Source: Octopus vulgaris (lineage: Eukaryota). From it: a stretch of 64,000 bases of DNA. How positions within the stretch are numbered: the stretch's first letter is position 1; every line of letters starts with the position of its first letter. The stretch is taken from assembly GCA_951406725.2 (NCBI GenBank), contig OX597826.1, positions 54,436,001 through 54,500,000 on the forward strand. The letters run 5' to 3'. Positions 1-14,049 of this stretch are shown here, piece by piece. The notes beneath the pieces are model-generated. The model was not told the DNA's origin. It ran no database searches and worked only from the letters and a program-made list of their open reading frames with translations. The position numbers and the translations under genes are program-made.

Positions 1-400
1 AAAATTCAGTTCATTAGAAGACGTGAAATAAATCTGTAATATAAAATTACAAGAAAACTTTACTTCAATTGTCAAAGTAGAGAGCTATATATCGTCAGCT
101 GTTGTCTAAGTTTCTGGAAGTGCACAAACCATGACATCATATATAGGAATGCGAAAAGACAGTTTTAAGAACCAATGCTTAAATAGCAAGCCCACTCCTC
201 ATATAAGAGTCACCATTGCATTATCAATTCGTATATAGCAATTGTTGGAGCATAACAAAGAAACCTTTAAGACCGAGTCTGGATTGAACTTCAGCAAGTG
301 AACTTGTTTACGATTTATTCATACCACGCCTGCATGTGTATAAGATCCTAGGATCGAGGTGTAGGAAGAAAGTTAGCTTCAAGCAATCCATAGTAAATAT
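1..400 (+). mobile_element. Decayed Penelope-like element, GIY-YIG endonuclease fragment
   Basis: Manual translation gives TSYIGMRKDSFKNQCLNSK...IALSIRI*QLLEHN, matching the PLE GIY-YIG pattern YIG.....FK.R...HK...LS..IW.L; contains stops and frameshifts. Confidence 0.55.
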
Positions 401-567
401 AAAAAAACAACTTTCAGGGGCAATAGTGGCTTATTCAGTTTTTCGTATCGAAGTACGATAAACTGACAAAAAGTTCTTTTTATATTTCATGGTTGGGCGA
501 CCAGGGTTGTCGGGTATGCGAATAAGAACACGAGAGTTAAGGAATTGACAATATATATATATATATG

Positions 568-801
568 TGTAAATATAATATGTGACAATTATTCGGTAGC
601 CATGATAAAACTCCGAGTTTCGGATGTCGGGGCGGAAACCCACGCTGCCATCTCTTCAGTTGTCCGGCCATCGAAACATTTTCATAGCATTGTTTCGATG
701 GCCGGCTAACTGAAGAGATGGCGGCGTGGATTTCCGCCCCGATATCCGAAACTCGGAGTTTTATCATGGCTACCGTATAATTGTCACATATTATATTTAC
801 A
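568..801. repeat. Long near-perfect inverted repeat (111-bp arms, 12-nt loop), probable inverted PLE terminal repeat with a hammerhead-like core in each arm
   Basis: Arms 568-678 and 691-801 differ at 6 positions; right arm has CTGAAGA(710-716)...GAAAC(748-752)TCGGAGTT. Confidence 0.85.
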
Positions 802-1000
802 TATAAATTCCTCTATTTATATAATATCGAGGTCTCTTTCATTCTTTTGTTGTCTTACCATTTCTATCAATATATATATATATATATATATTTTTTTTTT
901 TTTCAATACTGGATCTTGAAGTACATAAATCTATAAATAATACAATAATACTATGTAAAAAATGGTTTGCAAAACCCAATTTGGAGAGAAATGGAGCAAT

Positions 1001-1070
1001 TGCCTCTCTGTGAGACTCGAACCAACATCTACTGAAAATGTAACAAACAAGATACCACTCGGCCGAACTA
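1001..1070 (-). mobile_element. tRNA-derived SINE head fragment
   Basis: Minus strand has A-box-like CGGCCGAGTGG and B-box GGTTCGAGTC at tRNA-like spacing; no intact cloverleaf. Confidence 0.4.
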
Positions 1071-1469
1071 ATTCTTTGTATTTCTCTGTCTTTATTTAGG
1101 AACTTTAATGTTATCGCCGTGAATTGTATATATTATTGACGTCATAAGAACTTTATAAACTGTCGAGACAATGTGAAATAACACACACACACCCACACAC
1201 ATGCAAAAACGTAAAAGATAGATTCTCACACGCTGACTAAACGTTTATAGTTAGACTCAAGCTGAGATTCAGTGTATAGCTTTTGTATGCGTGCGTGTTC
1301 ATGTGCGTGTGTGAGGAGGGCAAATTGGTTTTAGATTTATTCATAATATTTCTGAGAAATAAAGGAAGTCTATAACGCCATTATGGGAACCTACATAGGA
1401 TTCACACTACAACAGTTTCAGTGGAAGTCTTTAAATTATGCGTGTACACTGTATACTTCCATATATTAA

Positions 1470-3100
<1,631 letters not shown>

Positions 3101-3666
3101 TGTCTGTGGACGTATGAATGTGTACTTTTGGAAGTAGCGTTTAATGTACGTACGTTACAAGTGAATAAAGTTCAGTTTAAAGCCATTTTCACTCTTTATT
3201 CTTTCTAAGCAAAGAAAAACACACAACACAAGCGCCGACATAATACGCGCACCAGAGTACTATAATGCCGCCTCCTAACGCTCACGTGTGATTGTGTATA
3301 TATTTGTGTGCATGTGTGTGTACTTGTTTGAGTGTGCGTGCGAGTATGTACCTATCTATATAAAAATCAAAGTGCAAAATCAGTAGAATATGAAATTTTT
3401 AAAGAATCATATTTTTATGTATGTATGCATGTGTCAGTCTGTCTGTCTGTCTGTCTCTCTCTCTCTATATATATGTATGTATGTATATATATGTATATAT
3501 GTATATATATGTATATATGTATATATATATATAAGCATCTAAGTAATCTATAATGATGCAGTAAACAAGCTATTTGGCGCTCTTTTTCATTTTATTTATT
3601 AAATGCAAATAACAAAAGAGCGCCATTCGCACTTACAAAGACTCTCGTAGAGCATCGTCTGTACAG

Positions 3667-3699
<33 letters not shown>

Positions 3700-4397
3700 T
3701 ACGTATTTGAATACAAGCATATAAATATATGGGGCGTTTTTAAGCGTGCTGCAAATGTAAGGGAGATAATAATTTCTTCATAATATTTGATGGGATTAGA
3801 AGTGTGATATTCATGTTAAGGAATACCTTCCACGCTGCAATTGTTTCCGTTCTAGCATACGATCTCAGATCAGACCACTTGCTATGCAAGTACATCTCCG
3901 GAATACAGGTAAAAATGCATAAAATACACGTATTTAATTTCTTTTATTTTTAGTTTACTGATTATGAAATTCTTAAAACCTCTAGTTAGTGATAATCACG
4001 TATAGCACTATTTCATTCTTTTCAGAAATCATCGTCATGAAATAACCCAACATATATGAAAGAAATCATTTATGATGCGAGTGATATGTTTATAGTCGGG
4101 AAATAACTGAAGTCTGGCAGACATTCATGGAATGTTAGTTTTTCCTTTTCTTTTGTTTGTAGTTTAGAAATCGAGAGGATTGAGAGAGAGGGAGATAGAG
4201 AGAGTGAGAGAAAGAGAGCGTGAGAGTGAGATAGAAAGAATGAGTAGTTAGTATCTACATCGGTGTACCTAATTCCAGGGAGTTCTATCTTGTGAAGATG
4301 TTTTATGCTAGTTATAACTGCAACCGAAATTCACAAACCCTTTTCGGTATAAATATATAATATATGAATATATAAATGTAAACATAAAATACAGTCC

Positions 4398-5392
4398 TCT
4401 CCTTTGTCCAATCCTTCCACCCTGCCCTGGAATTCTCCTGCACTATCTCTAACTCTTCCATCGAATTTCTCGACATTTCTGTCAGCATACACCACTCCGC
4501 TCTTACTAGCTCCACCCATTACTAACACAATGACTCACACTCTTATCTTAACTTCTCCTCTTCCAACCCTAACCACACAAAGATCTCCATCCCCTTCTCC
4601 CAATCTCTTCGTCTACGCACACTCTGCAGTGATGACCATGACTGTGAGACTCAGTCTCAGCTCATGGCTCGTTACTTCATCCTACATGGATACACATCAC
4701 CATTATCCAGACTGCCGTAGCCCTGGCACGATCTGTGGACCGTTCATCCGCTCTTTCTTCTTATATTCACACCACGCTTCCCTGTCTTCCGTTTCCCCTC
4801 ACCGACCACCCCTCCATCCGACCCCTCCAACGCACCATTCTACGAGCCTTCTAGCCTTCTAGCGACTCCAGTCTCGCACATCTTCCCTAACCTACCCCTT
4901 TCCTCCTTCAAATGAGCCCATAACCAGCGTGGCCTCCCGGTCCACAGTTTCTTCCCTATCCCCACCTCCCAGCCTGGTTCTTTCTCCTGCTCCCACCCAC
5001 TCTGTCGCACCTGCCCATACTTCTCCAACACAACCAACCTTACAGGCCCCCATCATCGTCCCTATTACATCACCGACTCCTTTACTTGTACCTCTAGTAA
5101 TGTTATTTGCTGCATCTCCTGCTCTCTCTGTCCTTCCCTGTACATTGGTCAAACGGGACGCCACTTGTCTGACCAGTTCGCGGAGCACCTCCGAGATATC
5201 AGACTCGGCAATGACATCCCGGTCTCGAACCACTTCCGCTCTACTAGTCATTCGCTACAACATCTGTCTGTGTTCGGACTATCTTTGCAGGGGGGGCACC
5301 CGGACTCCCCCCTTCGCCGTGAACAAGAATTAATCTTCTCTCTTGGTTCCTGTGCGCTATATGATTTCAACTCACTGCCACTCTTCCTTTGA
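4398..5392 (+). mobile_element. Decayed Penelope-like retroelement (Neptune-type): RT C-terminus, Cys linker and GIY-YIG endonuclease
   Basis: SFHPALEFSCTISNSSIEFLDISV; HSYLNFSSSNPNHTKISIPFSQSLRLRTLCS; linker FSCSHPLCRTCPY; FTCTSSNVICCISCSLCPSLYIGQTGRHLSDQFAEHLRD...REQELIFSLG; frame broken. Confidence 0.9.
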
Positions 5393-5952
5393 CACCACCC
5401 CCACAAAGATTCCCACACATTTCCCACATTCAACTGTACCCTTCCATCTACACACCATACTGCCCACCTCGGTACCCTCACCACATACGCACCACTATAC
5501 ACACTGTTCAACTCATCACTCATTTCACACATCATTACACACACCCGCAGCGCCTTTCCACTCTACAAACACTAGCGCCGACCACTTCTCAGCACCCACA
5601 CCACACACAATCTCCAATAATGTCACCACAAATACCACTATACGAGCAGTCACACACGCAGTTTCATTCAGTATACACAACACACATCATCATGCACACT
5701 CCCACACACACAAGCACATAATACCTGAATACGGACATATACACACACGCGCAACACGCATAAGCACACGCAACAGGGATAGACAAAGATAACCTTCGCC
5801 CACTATTTGGTCACAGACACACACACATACGCATATGCACACACCACTTGAAAAAGCACATCAACCGCTACACACACGTTAAACACATAAAAACACACAC
5901 ACACACATGAACAGACACATCAGACTCAGTCGCTCCAGTAACACAAATACAC

Positions 5953-6066
5953 AAGGATGAAAGACAAAGTCGACCTCGGCGGAATTTGAACTCAGAACGT
6001 AACGGCAGACGAAATACGGCTACGCATTTCGCCCGGCGTGCTAACGTTTCTGTCAACTCGCCGCCT
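5953..6066 (-). mobile_element. SINE family A (tRNA head, Meta-like core), 5' part
   Basis: Reverse complement matches the copies at 11198 and 49601. Confidence 0.85.
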
Positions 6067-6661
6067 TACAGTAACCAATATAATGTCAGATCTATGTAGA
6101 AGTGGAAGACAACAGGGACAGGGTGTGATATACGAGCATATTTGTGAGGGACCTCGGTAGGGTATCGCCTGCTGTTTTCTGATAGAAGAGTAGATTTGTA
6201 TAATATGCCGGAGCCAACTGGATGACTTGAACCCACGGCAATGATGTCAATAGCCAATTCTTTAAACTATTCGACATTTAGCATTATATCTTTAAATACT
6301 CACATACATGCATGCATACATATACATACATACATGCATACATGCATACATACATACATTCATACATACATACATACATACATACATACATACATACATA
6401 CATACGTACGTACGTACGTACATACATACATACATACATACATGCATGCATACATACATACATACAGACATACATACACGTACTCTAATATTCAAATTCA
6501 TACTTGTAGATATAGTTTCAGAGACATGCAAACATGAAAGCACAGGAGTCAAGACATAAAACTTCATACATACATTACCTTTTAAGATCGCATGCATATA
6601 TACGTGTGTACAGACATAATTACAAACAATATGCATACATACATATAAATATAAACACCAA

Positions 6662-6696
<35 letters not shown>

Positions 6697-6699
6697 TCA

Positions 6700-6912
6700 A
6701 TTTGTGACCGCGTGTGTATCGTTGGCAATTTGTTTTCCTTCGTCTTCCCTTTCTTGGATCTTTCCTTTTCCTATGTTTCTGACGAAGAGCTCCGCTCGAA
6801 ACGTTAAATCCTCCTTCTTTGTTTTCTTCCCTGAGCGTCCAATAACACTAGACTTGTTCCACATCCTCGCGTTGTTGTGTTTTCTCTTTGTGTTCTCATG
6901 TTTGGATTAACT
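6700..6912 (+). mobile_element. PLE terminal-repeat-like fragment carrying a minimal hammerhead
   Basis: Pyrimidine-rich segment between microsatellites surrounding the HHR motif. Confidence 0.55.
6773..6812 (+). ncRNA. Minimal type I hammerhead ribozyme motif
   Basis: GTTT-CTGACGA-A-GAGC tcc GCTC-GAAAC-GTT-AAAT: intact core, 4-bp stem II, palindromic AACGTT stem III, short stem I. Confidence 0.7.
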
Positions 6913-6953
6913 ATACAAATATACATACATACATACATACATACATACATACA

Positions 6954-6989
<36 letters not shown>

Positions 6990-7084
6990 TACATATATAT
7001 ATATATGTATATGTGTATGTATATATGCATATATATGTATATGTTTATACACACGCACACAGATACACACACAGATACACATAA

Positions 7085-7245
7085 CGAGTTTCCATACAGT
7101 TTCCATCAACCAGATTCATTCTGAAAGCATAGACCAACTTCTGGCCAGGGCTATATTAGAAAATATGTGAAACAGGTAGCCCGAGAATGAACTGGAAATC
7201 ACATGGTTGGAAAGCAAGATTCTTAACCTCATAGCCATGCCTGTG
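7085..7245 (-). mobile_element. SINE family B head, degenerate
   Basis: Diverged similarity to the 5' part of 51740-52194. Confidence 0.6.
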
Positions 7246-7304
7246 TCTACTCACCCGCTCTCACACACACACTTACATATAGATGTAGCTATATGTCTAT
7301 TATA

Positions 7305-7345
<41 letters not shown>

Positions 7346-8153
7346 TATATACGTATAGATATTGGTAGATATAACATATGGGGAGGGTCATGAGCATTCA
7401 CCTTCAAGACTAAACTATGCCATTATCTTCGGTTCTTAAAAAGACACATGCCTTCTTGAAGCAAATGTACAAGTATTTACACATTACTTCATTGGCAGCA
7501 AGGTTACGCTTATGTCCTCATCTTCCTTTGCGCTATATCTCTGGTTTTTCTTTCCTTTTATGCTGCAGGAATCATTTCTCTGTTGGCATATTATATTTCT
7601 AATTCAGTTCTCAGTTTTTGGTTCGCTTTATTTTATTGCTTTTTAATTTCTTTATCGTCAGCTATCGGCAATATTAGCACTAAAATAACTTGTCGAAGAT
7701 GCATTCAACTATTCATTTATCTAGACATAAACTTGAATGTGTGTGTGTGTATGTGTGTGAGTACTCTGATGTTGGCGAACAAGGTGAGGCATCAAAGTCA
7801 TTGTCCATCGTTTTCCTGGTATAAGTTTAATAAAATTGTACTCTACTCCACAGTATTGAGTAATCCTTCAGTTTAATGTCAAATTCTTCTTATATAAAAG
7901 CTGACATAAAATCCAGCCTTAATATACATATACTTGACATAAAACAAACCTTTACACACATATATACATATATACATATTTATACATACACACTTACACA
8001 CACAGACACACACACACACATACATACATACATACACACATAGTGTTTGCTTTTATGTTCAGTTACAATAAAAACAGCTTTACATTTATTTGATGGGTTA
8101 TTCTATACTTCTGCAGAGTACAAATTTATTATTCTTGATAATATCACTGTCAA

Positions 8154-8227
8154 TGACTTCAACGTTTCGCCCATCTAAGCCATCGTCCGACCAGACGACG
8201 TCTTAGCTGGCCGAAACTTTGAAGTCA
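8154..8227. repeat. Inverted pair of degenerate hammerhead-like units
   Basis: TGACTTCAACGTTTCG...CGAAACTTTGAAGTCA; consensus of the two arms approximates CTGACGA-T-GGC...GCC-GAAACGTT. Confidence 0.6.
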
Positions 8228-8236
8228 CATGGCAAC

Positions 8237-8649
<413 letters not shown>

Positions 8650-8902
8650 GTGTATGTATATATATATATACATCTGAGGAGTCTCCATGGAGTGGATGTA
8701 GACGTTTTCAAACGTGAACTTGACCTCTGACTCGCCGAGATCCCGGATGAGGCAATATCTAAGCAAGAAACTCAAAAGAGGGCAGTAGCATCGAACTCCG
8801 TCCTTCACCAGACGTCGATCTGACAAAGGTGGAAAGTGGAAAGATGATTACAATGGTGGTGCTCCAGTATGGCCACAGTCATTGGACTGAAACTTAATAA
8901 GA

Positions 8903-8958
<56 letters not shown>

Positions 8959-9061
8959 TGGGTAAACATTATTAAAAGTATAATAATATCTTTTACTAGT
9001 GGTCTGCATGCGTAATAAAAATCAGAAGGCATAAATATTTCTATATAATATTGTATAAACG

Positions 9062-9580
9062 TTTATACATGGAGAGAGGGCCACCACCATGTGAACTTCT
9101 TACATGCTAAAAAGGGCAGTCAAAACCCAAACCACAGAAAGATGGATTCTTCTTTAAGACACGTTGCTCGTAAGCGATCATAAGTTTCTCCATTAATGAT
9201 CAAATAAACCAATTAGTCAATTAATTGCTTGAAGATATTTGGTTTGAATTCTTGATGTATAAGGATGGAACTAAATGCGTATGTGTTTTACCTCGTGTTT
9301 TTCGGTACATATCATAGTTTCATAGTTATGCATTTTCCAGGGCCTCTACTGATGAACAACGAACGGTTAATGAATCAATTGATTGATTAATTAATTGATT
9401 TATTTGATCATTACGGGAGAAACTCATGGGTATAGGGTTAACTGATACTTTTATGCATTTAGATATCCTGCTCGCTTACAAGCAACGTGCCTTAAGAATC
9501 TTTCGTTCCGTGGTTTGGGTTTTATCTGCCCTTTTCAGCATGTAAGAATTCCACATGGTGGCCCTCCCTCCGTGTATAAA
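9062..9580. repeat. Large diverged inverted repeat (foldback/MITE or inverted PLE termini)
   Basis: Left arm about 9062-9230 pairs with about 9372-9580 (e.g. GAGGGCCACC/GGTGGCCCTC, AAAACCCAAACCAC/GTGGTTTGGGTTTT); right arm has an insertion of roughly 45 bp. Confidence 0.8.
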
Positions 9581-9726
9581 TTTTTTTATATATATATATA
9601 GAGAGAGATAGAGAGTAATAGATATACATATATATATAGATATACATAGTTTTTGCTAGCAAAAACTGTCTGCAAAAACTGTCTGATGAACGGCAACGAG
9701 AAACTATAGATATACATATATATTTG

Positions 9727-9827
<101 letters not shown>

Positions 9828-9889
9828 ATCTATCTATCTATCTATCGCTTTCTCTCTCTCTCTCTATCTATCTATCTGCCTGCCTGCTG

Positions 9890-9925
<36 letters not shown>

Positions 9926-10265
9926 TGCAGTGCTAAACCAGTAGTAATGTGAGAGGTTGCTTTGGTTGCCAAGAGTGTCATGGACGAATAAACGTCTATG
10001 ATCTTTCTCCATGCCATTCTCTATTTTGAATAAGTAGGAATTGGTATTAAATATCAATGTCTCACTGGCCTTCATCACTAAGCTATTTTCCTGTTCGCTA
10101 GTCGTAGTCAATTGATTCTGAAATCCAGTTCTATCAGATAGACGGATTTTTGATATATAGATCGATATACGGAAACCCACAATATCGAGTTGAATAAATC
10201 TGCAGACTGATTTATTTTAAATGTTATACCAGTTATTTGAAGAGAGAAATACAAGCTTTCTCCAC

Positions 10266-10860
10266 TTTTTACCTCCGCCTTCACTGAGGCGGAGGTATTG
10301 TTTTCAGAAATGTTTGCTTGTTTGTCCGTGGACAAGATATCTCAAGAACCGCTGGATGGATTCGGATGAAACTTTCAGAGATGTTTGGTCTTGCAACTGG
10401 CACGATCAGATGAGATTTTGGGATCGATCCGGCACGGACAAGGATTCTGGATTATTTTTTATATTTACTTTACATGATTACGATCTTATGTTAACTTTCA
10501 GGTCTTTCTCAATTATCTCCCTTTAGGCTGTAAGTATTTTGAATGGTGAATTTTTAAACTTTGGCTTGCATTAGATAAGGATAAACTATTTATTACTGTT
10601 ACTAAATTTTCTACGGCCACCTTCACATTCCATGACTACCATTGTGATCGATCAGGTACCAGACAAGGATTCTGGATTATTTTTTCGGTTTTTTTAAACT
10701 TAATTTTTGAGAGCAGTCGGGTTCGCTTTTAGTATTCTTGTTTATGAGAGCAGTCGAGTTTATTTCAGATATTCTCATTTTAAAAATCACCTCTGGTTAA
10801 TCATTGAGAGGACGTTGGTGTTGCCTTGGCGGAGGTTTGCGCTCTCTAAGTGCTCTTGTT
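10266..10860 (+). mobile_element. Helentron-associated non-autonomous element (HINE/DINE-1-like)
   Basis: 5' TTTTTACCTCCGCC within palindrome ACCTCCGCCT-6nt-AGGCGGAGGT; TGTTTG-like tract; internal direct repeat (10423, 10646); 3' subTIR GGCGGAGGT then stem-loop GCGCTCTCTAAGTGC and T-rich end. Confidence 0.8.
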
Positions 10861-11009
10861 TAAAATGTAATGGTATCATCTAGGAGGTTCTATCGTTTGT
10901 CCTTTATTGGGGAAACTGAAAGCGTGATCCAATGGTTGCGTTAAAAACCTTACTTTACGTGTAAGGTATGAGCGGACACTAAACTATGCAAACAAATTTA
11001 AAAAGGTTA

Positions 11010-11665
11010 TGTTTAAACGTTATCGGATGCAAATGCGTAATGCATGTGCTTGGTTTATACGCGAAATTTGCTGTGCGATAGCGTCCAGAGAAAGTTCTCT
11101 ATGCGAATGTTAAAGAACGCCGTATGTCCCGAACCAAGCGAGTCAACACACCTCGGATGGTCAAGAATGGTTAGTACAGATATTTTAAGTACAGATAAGG
11201 CGGTGAGCTGGCAGAAACGTTAGCACGCAGGGCGAAATGCGTAGCCGTATTTCGTCTGCCGTTACGTTCTGAGTTCAAATTCCGTCGAGGTCGACTTTAC
11301 TTTTCATCCTTTCGGGGTCGATTAAATAAGTACCAGATACGCACTGGGGTCGATATAATCGACTTAATCTCTTTGTCTGTCCTTGTTTGTCCCCTCTGTG
11401 TTTAGCCCCTTGTGGGTAGTAAAGAAATAGGTAAGTACAGATATTTTGCCACCATGTATTGGGACTTATATGCAACTAAATCTGACTACATGGTACTGAT
11501 ATGCAACAATAATGGCGAAATATCAGTATCTACCATTGTCGGCCATCCGAGGCAAGTTGTCTCGGTGTCGCTTAGGGAGCCTTCCCTGGACGCTATCCCG
11601 TAGCAAATTTAGCGTACAAACAACAGACATATACTATTTATGTGTGGCCGATGATGTTTACATTA
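11010..11665. repeat. Old diverged inverted repeat/MITE interrupted by a SINE
   Basis: AAATTTGCTGTGCGATAGCGTCCAG vs CTGGACGCTATCCCGTAGCAAATTT, and CCTCGGATGG vs CCATCCGAGG. Confidence 0.65.
11198..11431 (+). mobile_element. SINE family A with 12-bp target site duplication
   Basis: A box TGGCAGAAACG, B box GTTCAAATTC, core TTTCATCCTTTCGGGGTCGATTAAATAAGTACCAG; TSD TAAGTACAGATA at 11186-11197 and 11432-11443. Confidence 0.92.
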
Positions 11666-12059
11666 TTAGAACTTTTATTTCGTAATTTAATTGTTTAACC
11701 CAAACTCTTTGAATGAAAAAACGGAATCCTTTCTAACCCTGTGTTTAGCATTGGTCTCATATTGCGTGCTTCTGCCAGGATATCATCTTTGTATTCGACG
11801 AAAACGTCTCCTGAAATTAAAGAAATTGAGCTATTGTATTTTGCCTAATTCATCCTATAAAATAGATTACATTTCATCACAACACCAATACCTTCTCAAG
11901 TACGTTCAAAAACTATATATTATCCCTTTGTAAAATCCTCTAATTCACTTAAATTTTCAGACAAAATAAATAGCATATACGAACTAGCAACTCTAATACA
12001 AAAGCTTTCAGACAAACATTAACACAAGATAAAACACAACCCTTAAGTGCAAAATAACA

Positions 12060-12425
12060 TAAACTTGGCATTACTATAGATGTATTTAACAGGGAATTGA
12101 TTGTCTCATTCAGAAATTCTGCGTCAGATATAATCATTAGTGATAACAAAATGATAGTTAATAGATATTACATTAGAGCTTACGACCGCTATGCGCTACA
12201 CACTTCAGGAAGATAAACGATAAAGTTTTCTCAAAAGTGCAATCACCATCTCCGTCTATATGCTCCCCACCGCCATAAACAAGAAAAAAATCACAAAACA
12301 ACAGTAGCAAGTATAATAAGGGTAAACCCTAACGTACCTTCGAAAAAGAATATTTTGGCGGAGAAGCGCCCTTTTATAAAGAGGTGCTAATCAGTAATGG
12401 CTTCAGTGAGAAGCTAGTATTCACT
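12060..12425 (+). mobile_element. Decayed Penelope-like RT/thumb fragment (second PLE lineage)
   Basis: KLGITID..., DITLELTT, RKINDK, then EYFGGEAPFYKEVLISNGFSEKLVF, resembling the PLE FLDVTL.L...Y.PYRKPN...HPP...Y..AL..SG region. Confidence 0.55.
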
Positions 12426-12614
12426 GAAGACACCCCTATTATTCCATTTCACACGAGTTAAAAGGAGAAAATAACTGGTAATTGTAGTAGTTTATTTTCA
12501 TAAATGCAACGAAGAAGAACATGGAGAGATTGTGAGATTATGAGAAAAAAGAAAATGAGAAATACATGGAAGCTATCTCATCATCAATGCATCCCAGGAG
12601 TCAGTGGATGCGTT

Positions 12615-12933
12615 TAAGGTAAGGAGTAAAGACACCCTTCGGTCATGAATGACCATCGGATTGCACCTAAAAAGTTACCCTCCAAGATTCAAGTCCAGGC
12701 AAGATTGTTTATGGAAGAGCAGCAGTCGCCCATGCATATCGCCCCTTTCTCCACACCACCGATGTTGTCCAAGGGAAAGGAAAATGGCGATACAGCTTGG
12801 AACCAGTGACTTCACAACTCATTTCTACCGTTGAGTGAACTTAGCAACACGAAATACACACAGCCCAGTCCGGGAATCGAACCATTACCTCATGATTGTG
12901 AGCCCGACTGTCTAACTACTGAGCCATGCGCCT
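12615..12933 (-). mobile_element. SINE family D (tRNA-derived)
   Basis: Minus strand A box TGGCTCAGTAG and B box GGTTCGATTCC; body shared with 52218-52440. Confidence 0.85.
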
Positions 12934-12970
12934 TTACAAGAAACGAACTCTCAACGGTAACACATATGTA

Positions 12971-13219
12971 GCTCAGGCGTCACTGTGTGGAAAGAAGTTA
13001 GCTTCCTTAGCACAATGTTCTGCTTTCAGTCCTACTGCGTGGCATCTTGAGCAAGTGTGTTCTACTATTGCCTCGAGCCAACGAAAGCATTGTGAGTGGA
13101 TTTGGTCGAAGGAAACTGAAAGAAGCTAGACGCATATACGTATATATATATTATATACGTATAAACGTATATGTATATTTATGTGTACGCGTGTATGCTT
13201 AGTGGTGTTCGTGTCCCCC
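12971..13219 (+). mobile_element. SINE family B 5' half, diverged
   Basis: CORE-like GGCATCTTGAGCAAGTGTGTTCTACTAT and GTGAGTGGATTTGGT. Confidence 0.75.
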
Positions 13220-13401
13220 CATATATATATGAGAAAAGTTTGAGTTCTATATCATCCTTTATTTTGTGGTGTTCCAAAGGTCGATTTCTAATAAAGATTC
13301 TTCATATTACATTGATAACTTACTGTTGTAAGTATTTTTCGAATACGAAAATATTTCAAGTATAAGGTGTGTTATGAGCATTTATTGAACGCGTATCCAA
13401 A

Positions 13402-13835
13402 CAATTAAAGATGCGGAAGAGAAGGTGTTAAAAGTTTAACAAAAAATTTAATCGATGCATACGATCGTTTCGAACGGTAATATTAACATGTAAATACATG
13501 AGTAAAAACTAATTCAAATATAATTATAATTAAATTAATTACATATTACTGTTCTTCTCAATGTGAAAAAAAATACATCAGAATAGTGTTATTCTCTTAC
13601 AGAAGACTAGATGGAGTGAATGTCATATATCATATTCAGGTATACCTAATGTTTCTATGAAAGATAAAAACATGCTAAGATAATGTTGAGTCTAGTTGTG
13701 TTAATTCAATTATAATTATAATTAAATTGATTTTTTTACCATCATATTTACACGTTAACATTACCATTCGAAATGATCGTATGCATGGATTAAATTTTTT
13801 TAACACTTGTAACATCTCTTCTCCATCTTTAATTG
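13402..13835. repeat. Inverted repeat with about 135-bp arms, probable inverted PLE termini; left arm overlaps a minus-strand hammerhead-like motif
   Basis: 13402-13540 pairs with 13701-13835; motif GAAACGATCGTA on the minus strand. Confidence 0.8.
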
Positions 13836-13883
13836 CTTGTTGAGTTTCTACAGGATACGTGTTCTATAAATGTTCATATCATA

Positions 13884-13951
<68 letters not shown>

Positions 13952-14049
13952 CATACATACATACATACATACATACGTACATACATACATACATACATAC
14001 ATACATACACACACACAAATATATATATATATGTGTGTGTGTGTATGTA

